DNA of 61,206 nt, filler included. It is 5 parts of 5 records of this genome, joined end to end, with 100 filler letters (N's around TTAATTAATTAA, not from the genome) between each part and the next. Parts side by side here need not be neighbours in the genome. Positions count along the whole stretch, not along the records: positions 1 to 5,761 come from SRR22947725_3354; positions 5,862 to 15,294 come from SRR22947725_3364; 3 more parts are not named here. One strand, given 5' to 3'. Every line of letters starts with the position of its first letter. The first letter of the stretch is position 1. The position numbers were made by a program, and so were the translations under genes. Under the pieces are notes generated by a model. The model saw only the letters and a list, made by a program, of their open reading frames with translations. It made no database searches and was not told the DNA's origin. Positions 1 through 9,654 of this stretch are shown in pieces.

Positions 1-6
1 GCATCG

Positions 7-63
7 GCAACAAACACATTCTAATTGAACCAGCATCCCGCAACAAACACATTCGAATTGAAC
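7..63. repeat. 33-nt period direct repeat
   Basis: gcaacaaacacattc(t/g)aattgaac at 7-30 and 40-63. Confidence 0.7.
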
Positions 64-211
64 AGAGCAGCATCGGCAAGAAGTGGCGCTGAGGATGACT
101 TCTTTCCGGTCCGTGCTGCATGTGCTTGGGCGGGGCCATGGCCTTCTCCAATGATTTTACGCATAGTGTCAACAATAGTGCTCTTGGTCACTGGCAGTTG
201 ATCAGTCACTA

Positions 212-2610
212 CTATTGTTCTAACAGGGCAGCAAGGTTGATCTTGGATCGGTTCGCCGTTGCCACGCCGATGTTCGTGCGATTGACTTGCTCCGCAAATC
301 GGAGTGTCTGCATTATTCGACACATCAAAAATATGGGAGAATCTACAGTAAGGTCACAAATGATCTGACACGGACAGGCGTCTGGGTCCGCACAACAGCA
401 ATGAATACATACTGGTATTGGGTATACCATGACACATGATCATATCTGCACACTCACACATATCGACTCCTTGATCGAGTCCCATTGAGGTGATACGTGT
501 GATATCATCAGCATTTTGCTTTCCCCTCCTGCTTGCGCGGATAAGTGATCATCGGTACCACCGTGAGTGGGCCGAGTGATTTTCAAGGACATTGTAAATG
601 TAAAAGTGAAAGTTTGAAGTTTGATTAGGCTAACTTGTTTAAATGAGTGCAATGCGACCACATCGCTGTGGCTTGTCGAGGTCACTTACCCAGTGCTTCC
701 TGTAGCAGATACGTCAATTTAGAGTCTCGATAAGGGATGTGATCGCTGCGGTTTGCCAGCGATGAGATGACCGCAGCTAATGCACTCAGGCTTCGGTTGA
801 TGTACTGTAAACCATCACACATGCAACAGGATATCGTGAACAGGCGTCACAGGTGAGTGTATGCATCCTTGATATGTGATCAATTGCTCAGTACTTATGC
901 AATTGGTGGGCTCAAAGCTGATCCATCATGAAACTGTAAACATGGCTCACAGCACTGCAATCATGGCATGTGGTCTGTCTGCATGTGCGTGCCATCGAAT
1001 CGGTGACTTGAAAAATGGTGAAGATGAAGCAGTGAAGTAATCACACCTGGGCCTCACGAAGCCTTTCTCCTTTGGCATCAGTCTTGGATATTCGTTCGCT
1101 CCCAGCCAGGTCGATCAAATTGAGAGAGCCTTTGATTGTACCAGTTGGCATATTGCAGCTGACATCGAGCTGAAAGACACTGTGGCTTCTTGATGACCTG
1201 TGATGTGCAGAAAATGAGTATCAGCACATTTATGTGCCTGATGTGCAAAAAAACAAAACTAAATATCAGAGCACACGTGCATGTTGCGGCATGCCGGCCC
1301 ATCTTATCCATCGCGGATATCTGATTCATTCACGACAGTCTGACAGCCTGTCAGTCTGTCAGTCTGTGGTGACATGTATCAACCTGGCGTTGGCGGAAGT
1401 TTCCCCAACACGTCGATTGGAACCAGCGATGTCGAGTAAGTGCATCACATCTTGTCTTGACTCCACTCTCACGACCTGTTATACACACAGACACACACAC
1501 ATACAAGTTTGATTCCACTCTCTCGACCTGCAGTATACAAACACATACTGTATAGTACATGTCCAAAAGTCATACTCGGATACCGAGATGGACATGTCTC
1601 GTGCTCACTGCTGATCTCTCATCACGCGATAGTCACGCGATAGTGATATGTAGTATGCAACATCTCTTGCTCATGGCCATCATTTGAAAACGCGATAGGA
1701 TACACTGTATGTCGCATGAACTCTGCGGCTACCATGACTCCGACCAAAAACATACCAAAAACATACCAAAAACATACCTGGGCCCCTTCGACGGTTGTGG
1801 TTCCGCGGTCATGCCTGATGGACAATTTCGGAGTCTTGGGGTGCCGTGTAGGAGAGGCGTGTCTGACAGGCGAACTGTGTTTGTTTGGTTGGTCTGACAC
1901 AAGTAAATCACGTAGTTGCTCGTTATACACTTCAACGAATCGACAGCTGATCTCGAACGTGCCTCCTTGCTCATTCTCCAGTTGCGACACCAAGTCAAAA
2001 ATCTTCTCGATGGCCCGTGGAATCACCCCTGCATAGTGCGATTACGTAATCGGTCTTTTGAGTACTCCCGGGAAACAACGGTCACAATTGGAATAACCAC
2101 TCACACAACACATATTGATGTGGTCAGCTGTTCGTAACCTTCTTTACGCAAGCGTAAATGCCATTAGTCAGCATTGCCTTAAAAAAGCGAACGCACGCAC
2201 ATTCAAACCCAAAATTGTAACGACCCAACAAGCAAGCATCAATCCACGCATACGGGCAGGAACCAACCTCTAAGTTCAGGATCCGTCTTTCCTTCGCCTT
2301 CCATTGTGTAGGTCTTGCCACTCCCTGTCTGACCATACGCAAAGATGCAAACAGAATATCCATCCAATACCGATTGAACCAGTTCCGACACCTCTTCAAA
2401 AACATTGAGCTGATCCGATCCCCTGATGACCTTGTCGTATGAAAACGTCATTTGTCCAGAGCTTCTGCCTTGTTCACGTACCTCCAAGATTTGCTTGCCC
2501 TCCCTATCCGACTCAGTGGGGTACCGATAAGGTCCTTCATCGTCAGCATTCACGGGAGATTCCAGTTGAGGTCGTACACGACAGTACACCCGAATATTAC
2601 CACGTAGCTC
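212..2610 (-). other. Kinesin-14 (Kar3/Ncd/KIFC-type) motor domain exons
   Basis: C-terminal motor preceded by the ELRGNIRV neck; ATPase and microtubule-binding motifs intact across 7 exons. Confidence 0.95.
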
Positions 2611-5573
2611 CTGTTCAGAAAACCGCCACATACACCAACATCACGGGAATTCAGAATACGGTATGTCGATGTCTAGCGAAAGAAATACGACTGAAGCATA
2701 TGGTCACATGTGGTCAAATGAAGAAGATGACCGAGCTTAATATCAAGCACATCTGATATCACCACAAGTGAAGCAAATGAAATGAACTCATCTGCGATAA
2801 GACATAACAGCATATCACGAGAGGACAAAGGCAAACCTAACCAATCGGAGGATCAATGTTGGTGATAGCCCCGTTACCTGTATCAGATTGTGCATACGAC
2901 GGCGATCTGTTTCGTACGTCTGGCACCGGGTCTGGAGCTCGTTCAAATTTGATTTCAAGCTCTGCAGCTCCTCTACAGCTGAATTCCTCTGATTGGCCGT
3001 CTCCTGCAGTTCGGATTGTATCGCCAGCATCGATGCCTCGGCATCTGACTGGAATGATGTCAGACTCTGTTGAAGACCCTCAGCCTTGCGCTGCCATTCA
3101 GTCGCGGTCTCTTCGGCTTTCTTGGCCCGTTCCGACGCCTTGTTGGACGTGGTGATCAGCTCAGCAGCACGCTGGTGCTGCGTATCGAGAGACGAGACTT
3201 GCTGCTTGTATTGCTGATCCTGATGCCGGAGCTTCGCTTGCAGATCACGTATCTGCGAGTGTTGCGCCTCCACCTTCAACAGCAACTCTCCATTATGCAG
3301 TGTAAGATGCTGGTACGGTATGGAGCTGACGGTCGTGCTGCAGAACGACGCAAGACTACCAACATCTTCCTCATCTTCTGTCTTGTCAACATTCCGTGCG
3401 ATGCTATTTCCAATCAACTCGGATGCTTGACCATCAGCAGGAATTGGAGTCCACAGCACCTTGGTATGATCCGTCACAGGTTTGATGAGCTCAGTGCCTA
3501 GGTTGAAGCCGACAGGCTCCACCCCTTGACGCACCACCTGTGTCGTGAATTTATGACAGGATTTGACAGTGAGCATTTCAATCTATTGGTGTAAACCATG
3601 AATGCACCCACGCACCTGCACTTCTCCCGCATGTTCATGCCGCTGCAACAGTTTTACGTGAAGGTGGGCGGCAGAGATACACTCTGCAGCGGCATCACTT
3701 CCGATCCATATACACACGAAATCACCGCTCCCCTGTGAGTTGTTTAGGTTGCCGCACTATACGTCAGTTGATTATAACGCAGCAGGAGTCACGTGACCAT
3801 GCATATCCTGATCCGGTAGATCCTCAGACCTCAAATATGCCCTGCGCTATGACGTCCATCTGCGTGCCACGGGGCAACGTGACCTTTGATCGGAAGAATC
3901 GACACGAACCCCCACCGATCATTCAAGGCATTATGTCAAGAAGGGAGCGATGCGTTGGTGACAGGATGACCTGCATTACGAATACGTCGGTGTTGACAAC
4001 GTTGTAGTTGTTGTCCACATCACGCTTGATTCGTGGCATCCAATCAAGCTCTGTTTCATGAGAGTAGGCTTCCATCCAATACACTACCCGCCTTTTTGCC
4101 CCGACTGCGTGGTGGCCAATTCATTTTCCTTGTGGTTTCCTTTTCACCTTTCGTGCTACACTTAAAAATGCACTTGACACTGACAGTCAGCGCCGGCGAT
4201 TCAAGCGATTTTTACCCAACAGAGTCAATACATGCAGTCATTGGACTCTCACCCTTCAGCCTCGCTTCCAATTCCATGAGCTGTGCCATATATCCAGAGA
4301 GTAGAAGCGGAATCGATTTTGGAAGTCGGACTGCTTGAAATGCATCATTATAACAGAGTCCATCTTGGAGCATCAAGCATGACACACACACAGTCAGTGA
4401 CGGCGATACGTCCAGGCAGGAGACCATAACCTTACCCGACTGCCTGCGAGCGTCGGATATGATCTCTGTGCATTTGTATATAACGCATATCATGTCATTT
4501 GAGTGATCGTCGGGGATGAATAAGGGCACGTGATTGATGCTGGGGTCCATTGCATTGGTTTGCAGTTTAGGATTATCCAGCTTGTCCACGAGGTTGATCA
4601 CATGAGTGATTCCTTTGGCTGACCACATCGTCCTGCAGTGAAAGAGAGCGCATGTCAGTCGATGCGTTGGGACTGAGTGCGAGCTGTACTGAACAGGTAA
4701 CAGGAAAGAACGTGCGAAGTGGAAGGAAGTGCATTCCACAGTGAGGTGAGAGGTGGTGGAGAGGTGGACAAGTGGAGAGGTGAGCGAGTGCGTGGAGAGG
4801 TGAGCGAGTGCGTGGAGAGATGAGCGAGTCGGTGGAGAGGTGAGCGAGTCTGGATAAGGGCGACGGGGGAGGGAACATTCACGCAGGCGGCCGACCAGCA
4901 CACACAAACCAAACCAAACCAAACCTGGACAGTGGAGTATCATCCAACGCCATGTAGAGGTAACATGTGATTTCCAACACTGATTCCACCGGATTAGATG
5001 TGATCTCCAACACTGATTCCACCGGATTTTGCGGCCTGGTGGATTGCAGCGACGCAGCTGAAGATTCAGGTTGACTCTCAGTGTCAAGGATGGAGGAAGA
5101 TGGTGATATCATGGCAGAAGTCGTGTTGGAAATGACCGATGAATCTGTGACGGGTTCGGAATGTGATGATCTGGTTGAGTTTGGTGTGGAGAGAAGGTCG
5201 ATCAGGAAGGAGCCCGAGGTCTTGCGGATCGGAGTGGTCGATGTGGAAGAGACGTCTGCGGTATTGGGGGTGGAGGGCACGAGTGTGGGAGTGACGGAGG
5301 CGACATTGTGTGGGATAGGGTCAGGAGTGATGGGGGAGGTATCTGATGGAGATCCTTGAGAAGCTTTGGTATCGAGTGGACCAAATGTACTGAGCTCGGA
5401 GCCAGGTGCTGTGAATTCAACAGGCAGTGGAGGGTTGCCTGTAGTGTTGGAGGTGCTCATGGTGGTGGTGGTGGTGGTGCCTTCACGATGCAATGGAGCG
5501 GGGAAGGCATCATCGGTGGATGTAGTGGACATCGAGAGCTGCCTTGTGACAGATGGGCCAGTTGAACAGTTGC
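212..5573 (-). CDS. Spliced eukaryotic gene: DSP-like + gelsolin-like + coiled coil + C-terminal kinesin-14 motor (12 exons, probably 5'-truncated)
   Basis: Hand-spliced exons (minus): 5573/5532-4925, 4632-4253, 4104-3971, 3732-3616, 3537-2878, 2610-2268, 2028-1778, 1475-1384, 1197-1047, 804-690, 528-458, 307-212. All introns are GT..AG and all phases match; 3018 nt from ATG 5532 gives 1005 aa + stop. Kinesin motifs: neck [24 protein letters not shown]-loop GQTGSGKT, switch I NARSSRSH, switch [24 protein letters not shown] pyrimidine-rich CAG acceptor at 5576-5574 suggests further upstream exons. Confidence 0.85.
1746..1778. repeat. 11-nt tandem repeat x3 containing the 5' splice site
   Basis: (aaaaacatacc)x3, i.e. 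GGTATGTTTTT x3 on the minus strand. Confidence 0.9.
3505..4104 (-). other. Gelsolin/villin-like repeat (MKP1-type)
   Basis: Spliced [18 protein letters not shown]...[22 protein letters not shown]...[30 protein letters not shown] carries the D-(V)F-hydrophobic, WIG and QGxEP..F gelsolin-repeat hallmarks. Confidence 0.7.
4253..4995 (-). other. Dual-specificity-phosphatase-like domain with degenerate active site
   Basis: EITCYLYM...KGITHVINL...LFIPDD...[31 protein letters not shown]...YNDAFQAVR...[10 protein letters not shown] follows the DSP consensus; the HCxxGxSRS loop appears as SCLDVSPS. Confidence 0.8.
4772..4851. repeat. Intronic 20-nt minisatellite, about 4 copies
   Basis: gtggagaggtgagcgagtgc-like units within intron 4633-4924. 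Confidence 0.85.
4965..5028. repeat. 33-nt in-frame exonic tandem duplication
   Basis: atgtgat(t/c)tccaacactgattccaccggatt at 4965-4995 and 4998-5028, encoding [10 protein letters not shown] twice. Confidence 0.9.
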
Positions 5574-5761
5574 CTGCGTCATGACAAAGAGTGCATGTTG
5601 CACGAAACAGAGACTAAATGGGGTGAGAAGTGGCGGAGAAATACCGTAGAACGCCGTCTCACAGCATGATGGTATGTTAGCTGATACAATGGTGGTACTA
5701 AATGGCATACACATGTAATGGTACTACATGTCATGCCCGTGCAGTCAACTTCCACACAGCA

Positions 5762-5861
5762 NNNNNNNNNNNNNNNNNNNNNNNNNNNNNNNNNNNNNNN
5801 NNNNNTTAATTAATTAANNNNNNNNNNNNNNNNNNNNNNNNNNNNNNNNNNNNNNNNNNNN
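5762..5861. other. Artificial contig linker
   Basis: N-run + TTAATTAATTAA (stop in all six frames) + N-run; composition changes abruptly across it. Confidence 0.98.
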
Positions 5862-5862
5862 T

Positions 5863-6012
5863 GCAGGTCTTTTTGGAATACTTGTTCCCGTTTCTTTAAA
5901 AAAATTAAACATAGATCCTGCTTTAGCTTCTAGTGTTTTTGTTACAACAATTACAGATGTAATAGGTTTCTTATCGTTTTTGGGTTTAGGATCTATTTAT
6001 TTTTTAAATTAA
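5863..6012 (+). CDS. mgtE: Magnesium transporter MgtE, C-terminal fragment
   Basis: AGLFGILVPVSLKKLNIDPALASSVFVTTITDVIGF motif; truncated at contig start. Confidence 0.85.
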   Translation, partial: AGLFGILVPVSLKKLNIDPALASSVFVTTITDVIGFLSFLGLGSIYFLN

Positions 6013-6824
6013 ATATTATCAATTAATCTAATATTATTAATATAATATGCTGCAAATAATCTAAATTCCTTTTTTAATTTTTTGTTTTTTCTAAAATCTT
6101 TTATAAATAAATTTTCCACATAATCAATTTTAGTTGCACCTAGCGAAATGAGATCTTTTTTTATTTTATTCAATCTCAATAATTTATAATTTTTTTTTAT
6201 TTTTTTATTTAACTTGAATAGATACCAGTAAATACTTGAAGCAATTAATAATTCATTATTATTTAAATTTAAATTTCTAGTAGAGCAAGCTACACCATTA
6301 TTTTCTCTGACAGTCTTACACTCAATAACTTTTGTTCTGAGCTTGTTATTTTTTATATGGTTTTCAATTAAGATTAATTGCTGAAAATCTTTAATACCTA
6401 AAAAAATATACTTAGGATTTAAAATTTCAAGAAAGCGATTTACTATATTTAAAACACCTTCAAAATGTCCTTTCCTAAACTTACCACATAATTTTTTAGA
6501 AAGTTTATCTACATGTATTTTATTTTTAGTTTTAAAAGAGTAAATATCAGCATTAGTTGGTAAGTAAAGGTAGTGAATTTTAAGTTTTTTAAGCTCTTCA
6601 ATGTCTGATTTTAGTTTCCTGGGATAATTCTTAAAATCATTTTTATTGTTGAATTGAGTTGGATTAACAAATATAGACACACAAATTTTACATTTGTATT
6701 TTTTTGCTTTTTTTATTAAGGATAAATGTCCTTTGTGTAGACCACCCATAGTAGGCACAAATGATAAGCAATTGTCTTTAGAAATCTCTTTTTGTAGAAT
6801 TAGTTTATTTTTAAATATTTTCAT
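6009..6824 (-). CDS. panC: Pantoate--beta-alanine ligase
   Basis: FVPTMGGLHKGH, SIFVNPTQF, RKGHFEGV, GIKDFQQ motifs. Confidence 0.95.
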   Translation of the reverse strand: MKIFKNKLILQKEISKDNCLSFVPTMGGLHKGHLSLIKKAKKYKCKICVSIFVNPTQFNNKNDFKNYPRKLKSDIEELKKLKIHYLYLPTNADIYSFKTKNKIHVDKLSKKLCGKFRKGHFEGVLNIVNRFLEILNPKYIFLGIKDFQQLILIENHIKNNKLRTKVIECKTVRENNGVACSTRNLNLNNNELLIASSIYWYLFKLNKKIKKNYKLLRLNKIKKDLISLGATKIDYVENLFIKDFRKNKKLKKEFRLFAAYYINNIRLIDNI

Positions 6825-6862
6825 TTCTCAACTTCAATGATATCAACTAATATAAGAATCTT

Positions 6863-7678
6863 ATGATAAAACAAGCAATTATTCCTTTAGCAGGACTAGG
6901 TACTCGTCTACTTCCATTAACAAGCGTAATGCCGAAAGAATTATTGCCTATTAACGGTAAACCTAATCTTGAATATATATTAGAAGAATGCATAAACGCA
7001 GGGGTAAACCAGTTTATTTTTATAATATCAAAAAAAAAGTTAAGTATAAAGAAATATTTTTTTAATGACTCTTTTTATAAAAAGATAATTAAAAGAAAAA
7101 AGGATAAAAGAATTATTGAAGAATTTAGAAAAATAAAAAAATATCAAAAAATGATAAAATTTGTTTACCAAAATAAACCAAAAGGTACTGGGGATGCAGT
7201 TTTAAAATGTGAAAGATTTATTAAAAATAAATTTTTTTTAATGTTGTTACCTGATGACCTAATAATTAAAAAAAATTGTACAAAAGAAATGATTGAATTA
7301 CACAATAAAACAAAAGGCTCTATTATTGCCACTAAAAGAGTTGATAAAAAAACTGTATCTAGATGGGGAATCCTATCTTTTGAAAAAAAAAAAAAAAATT
7401 ATTTTCAAATCAATAATGTTATTGAAAAACCAACTATTAAAAAAGCACCATCTAATTATGCAATTATTGGTCGATATATTCTTCCAGTAAATATTTTTGT
7501 TGAAATAAAAAAACTAAAACCTGGTCAAAATGGAGAAATACATATTACTGATGCAATACGAAACCTTATTTTGAAAGGCAGTAATTTTTTTGGAAATATT
7601 TTTAGAGGAGAATATTTGGACTGTGGAACTATTAATGGATACATTCAATCAAGTATTAAAATTTTTAAAGGTAAATAA
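6863..7678 (+). CDS. galU: UTP--glucose-1-phosphate uridylyltransferase
   Basis: AIIPLAGLGTRLLP..PKELLP, LLPDD, EKP, GRYIL, GEIHITDA; adjacent to ugd. Confidence 0.85.
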   Translation: MIKQAIIPLAGLGTRLLPLTSVMPKELLPINGKPNLEYILEECINAGVNQFIFIISKKKLSIKKYFFNDSFYKKIIKRKKDKRIIEEFRKIKKYQKMIKFVYQNKPKGTGDAVLKCERFIKNKFFLMLLPDDLIIKKNCTKEMIELHNKTKGSIIATKRVDKKTVSRWGILSFEKKKKNYFQINNVIEKPTIKKAPSNYAIIGRYILPVNIFVEIKKLKPGQNGEIHITDAIRNLILKGSNFFGNIFRGEYLDCGTINGYIQSSIKIFKGK

Positions 7679-8982
7679 TGAAAATATGTATGATAGGAAC
7701 AGGTTATGTTGGTTTAGTTAGCGGTACTTGTTTTGCTGATATTGGACATCAAGTTTACTGCGTCGATAAAGATTTATCTAAAATTAATCAACTGAATTCT
7801 GGAATTTCTCCAATTTATGAACCCGGGTTAGACGAATTAATTAACAAAAATCACAAAGCTAAAAGATTATATTTTACCTCAGATTTAAAAAAAGCAATTA
7901 CTGTATCAGATATTATTTTTATTTGTGTTGGTACACCTAATATTAAAGGTTCTTTAAAAGTTGATTTATCATTTGTCTTCAAATGCACTAAAGAAATTCT
8001 TGCAATTACAAAAAAGAAAAAAATAATAGTAACAAAATCTACAGTGCCTATTGGGACAGGTGACCAAATTGAAAACATTATTAAAAAAAAGAAAAAATTA
8101 TTTTCAGTAATATCTAATCCTGAGTTTTTAAGAGAAGGCGAGGCAATTCGCGATTTTAGATATCCCGATAGAATAATAATAGGATCAAATAGTAAAAATG
8201 AATTCAAGATTATGAAAAAATTATATTCTCCTCTTATTAACAAAGGTGCAAAATTTTTTACCACCTCAAGAAGGGGCGCTGAATTAATCAAATATGCCGC
8301 TAACGCATTCCTAGCAACTAAAATAACTTTTATAAATGAAATAGCTAACTTGTGTGAAAAGTCAGGAATAAATGTTAAAGATATTGCGCTTGGAATTGGA
8401 TCAGATACAAGAATAGGCAGTAGATTTTTACGTCCCGGACCTGCTTACGGCGGTTCATGCTTCCCTAAAGACACAAAAGGCCTAGTATCAGCTGCTGAAA
8501 AATTCAAAACAAATTTATCAATAGTTAAATCCGTCATTAAATCTAACAGTGATAGAGTAAATTTTTTAATTAAACGCGTTCATAAAATTTTAGGAAATAA
8601 TCTAAGAGGTAAAAAGATAAGTATTTTAGGTGTTTCTTTTAAGCCTAATACTGATGATATGAGAGACTCAACAAGTTTAAAAATGCTTCCTTATCTAAGT
8701 AAAAAGGGAGCGATAATTTCATATTACGATCCTACTGGTGAAAAGAAAGAATTTAAAAAACTATTAAATTGTAAATTTAAAAAAAATATTAAGGAAAACT
8801 GCTTAAATGCTGATTTGATTGTTCTATTGACTGAATGGGATGAATTTAAATCAATTGATTTTAAGCAGGTGGTTAAAAAGAAAAACTTTAAAATCTACGA
8901 TTTAAGAAATATTTATACAGGCGAAGAAATGAAGCGAAATAAAATTAAATATTATTCAATTGGACGGCCTGATATCAATTAA
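7678..8982 (+). CDS. ugd: UDP-glucose 6-dehydrogenase
   Basis: GTGYVG, KSTVP, SNPEFLREG, GGSCFPKD, FKPNTDDMR. Confidence 0.93.
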   Translation: MKICMIGTGYVGLVSGTCFADIGHQVYCVDKDLSKINQLNSGISPIYEPGLDELINKNHKAKRLYFTSDLKKAITVSDIIFICVGTPNIKGSLKVDLSFVFKCTKEILAITKKKKIIVTKSTVPIGTGDQIENIIKKKKKLFSVISNPEFLREGEAIRDFRYPDRIIIGSNSKNEFKIMKKLYSPLINKGAKFFTTSRRGAELIKYAANAFLATKITFINEIANLCEKSGINVKDIALGIGSDTRIGSRFLRPGPAYGGSCFPKDTKGLVSAAEKFKTNLSIVKSVIKSNSDRVNFLIKRVHKILGNNLRGKKISILGVSFKPNTDDMRDSTSLKMLPYLSKKGAIISYYDPTGEKKEFKKLLNCKFKKNIKENCLNADLIVLLTEWDEFKSIDFKQVVKKKNFKIYDLRNIYTGEEMKRNKIKYYSIGRPDIN

Positions 8983-9439
8983 GTTCAAATATACCGTCAA
9001 CTTCTACAGCAACGCCTAAAGGTAAACTATTAACGCTTACAGCTGCTCTTGTGTGTTCGCCTTTTTTATCAAAAATTTTAGCAATTATGTCTGATGCTCC
9101 ATTAATAACTTTTGGTTGATCAATAAAATCGTCAGTAGAATTAACATAACCAGTTAGTTTAATACATGATTTAATCTTCTCTAGATTTCCACCACACGCT
9201 TTTCTAGCATGAGCAATTAAACTAAGTCCACATCTTTCAGCTGCAGCATAGCCTTGAGTTAAATCTAGATCTTTTCCAATTTTTCCTTTAATTAAATTAT
9301 TATCTTTATCTATAGATACTTGCCCAGAGATAAATAATAAGTTTCTGCTTATTTTAGTAGCAACATAAGCTCCTACTGGGGCTTTTGGATCAGGCAATGA
9401 TATATTTAATTTTTTAAGATTTGAATCTATAGAATTCAT
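8975..9439 (-). CDS. RidA/YjgF family protein
   Basis: PVGAYV, ISGQ, NGASD, HTRAAV..LPLGVAVEVD. Confidence 0.88.
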   Translation of the reverse strand: MNSIDSNLKKLNISLPDPKAPVGAYVATKISRNLLFISGQVSIDKDNNLIKGKIGKDLDLTQGYAAAERCGLSLIAHARKACGGNLEKIKSCIKLTGYVNSTDDFIDQPKVINGASDIIAKIFDKKGEHTRAAVSVNSLPLGVAVEVDGIFELN

Positions 9440-9654
9440 TTATTTAACTTTTTCTTAACCCAATCAGTTAATTTTGAGTCTGTATTAAGACTTTTTAAAC
9501 TTTTTTTACCTACTTTTTTACTTTTTTCTGCAATACATTTTGAATACTCAATTGGCTTGTCTGTTAAATCTCTGCAATCGATTTTTTCTTCTGAATATGA
9601 ATTAGAAAAATACATTGATGATATAATAATAAATATTAGTATTTTTAATTTCAT
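9436..9654 (-). CDS. Small putative exported hypothetical protein
   Basis: 72 aa, signal-peptide-like N-terminus, two Cys; ATGA overlaps with topA and the RidA gene. Confidence 0.7.
   Translation of the reverse strand: MKLKILIFIIISSMYFSNSYSEEKIDCRDLTDKPIEYSKCIAEKSKKVGKKSLKSLNTDSKLTDWVKKKLNK

Noticed and set aside
1505-1527. 23-nt micro-exon VERVESN in the kinesin gene
   Set aside because: Including it with the main donor shifts the frame into a stop; it is better explained as a duplicated acceptor, reported separately.
4772-4851. ORFs with HSLTSP-type repeats and possible telomere-like or CRISPR repeats
   Set aside because: The repeat lies inside a GT-AG intron (4633-4924) whose removal restores the DSP frame; it is an intronic minisatellite.
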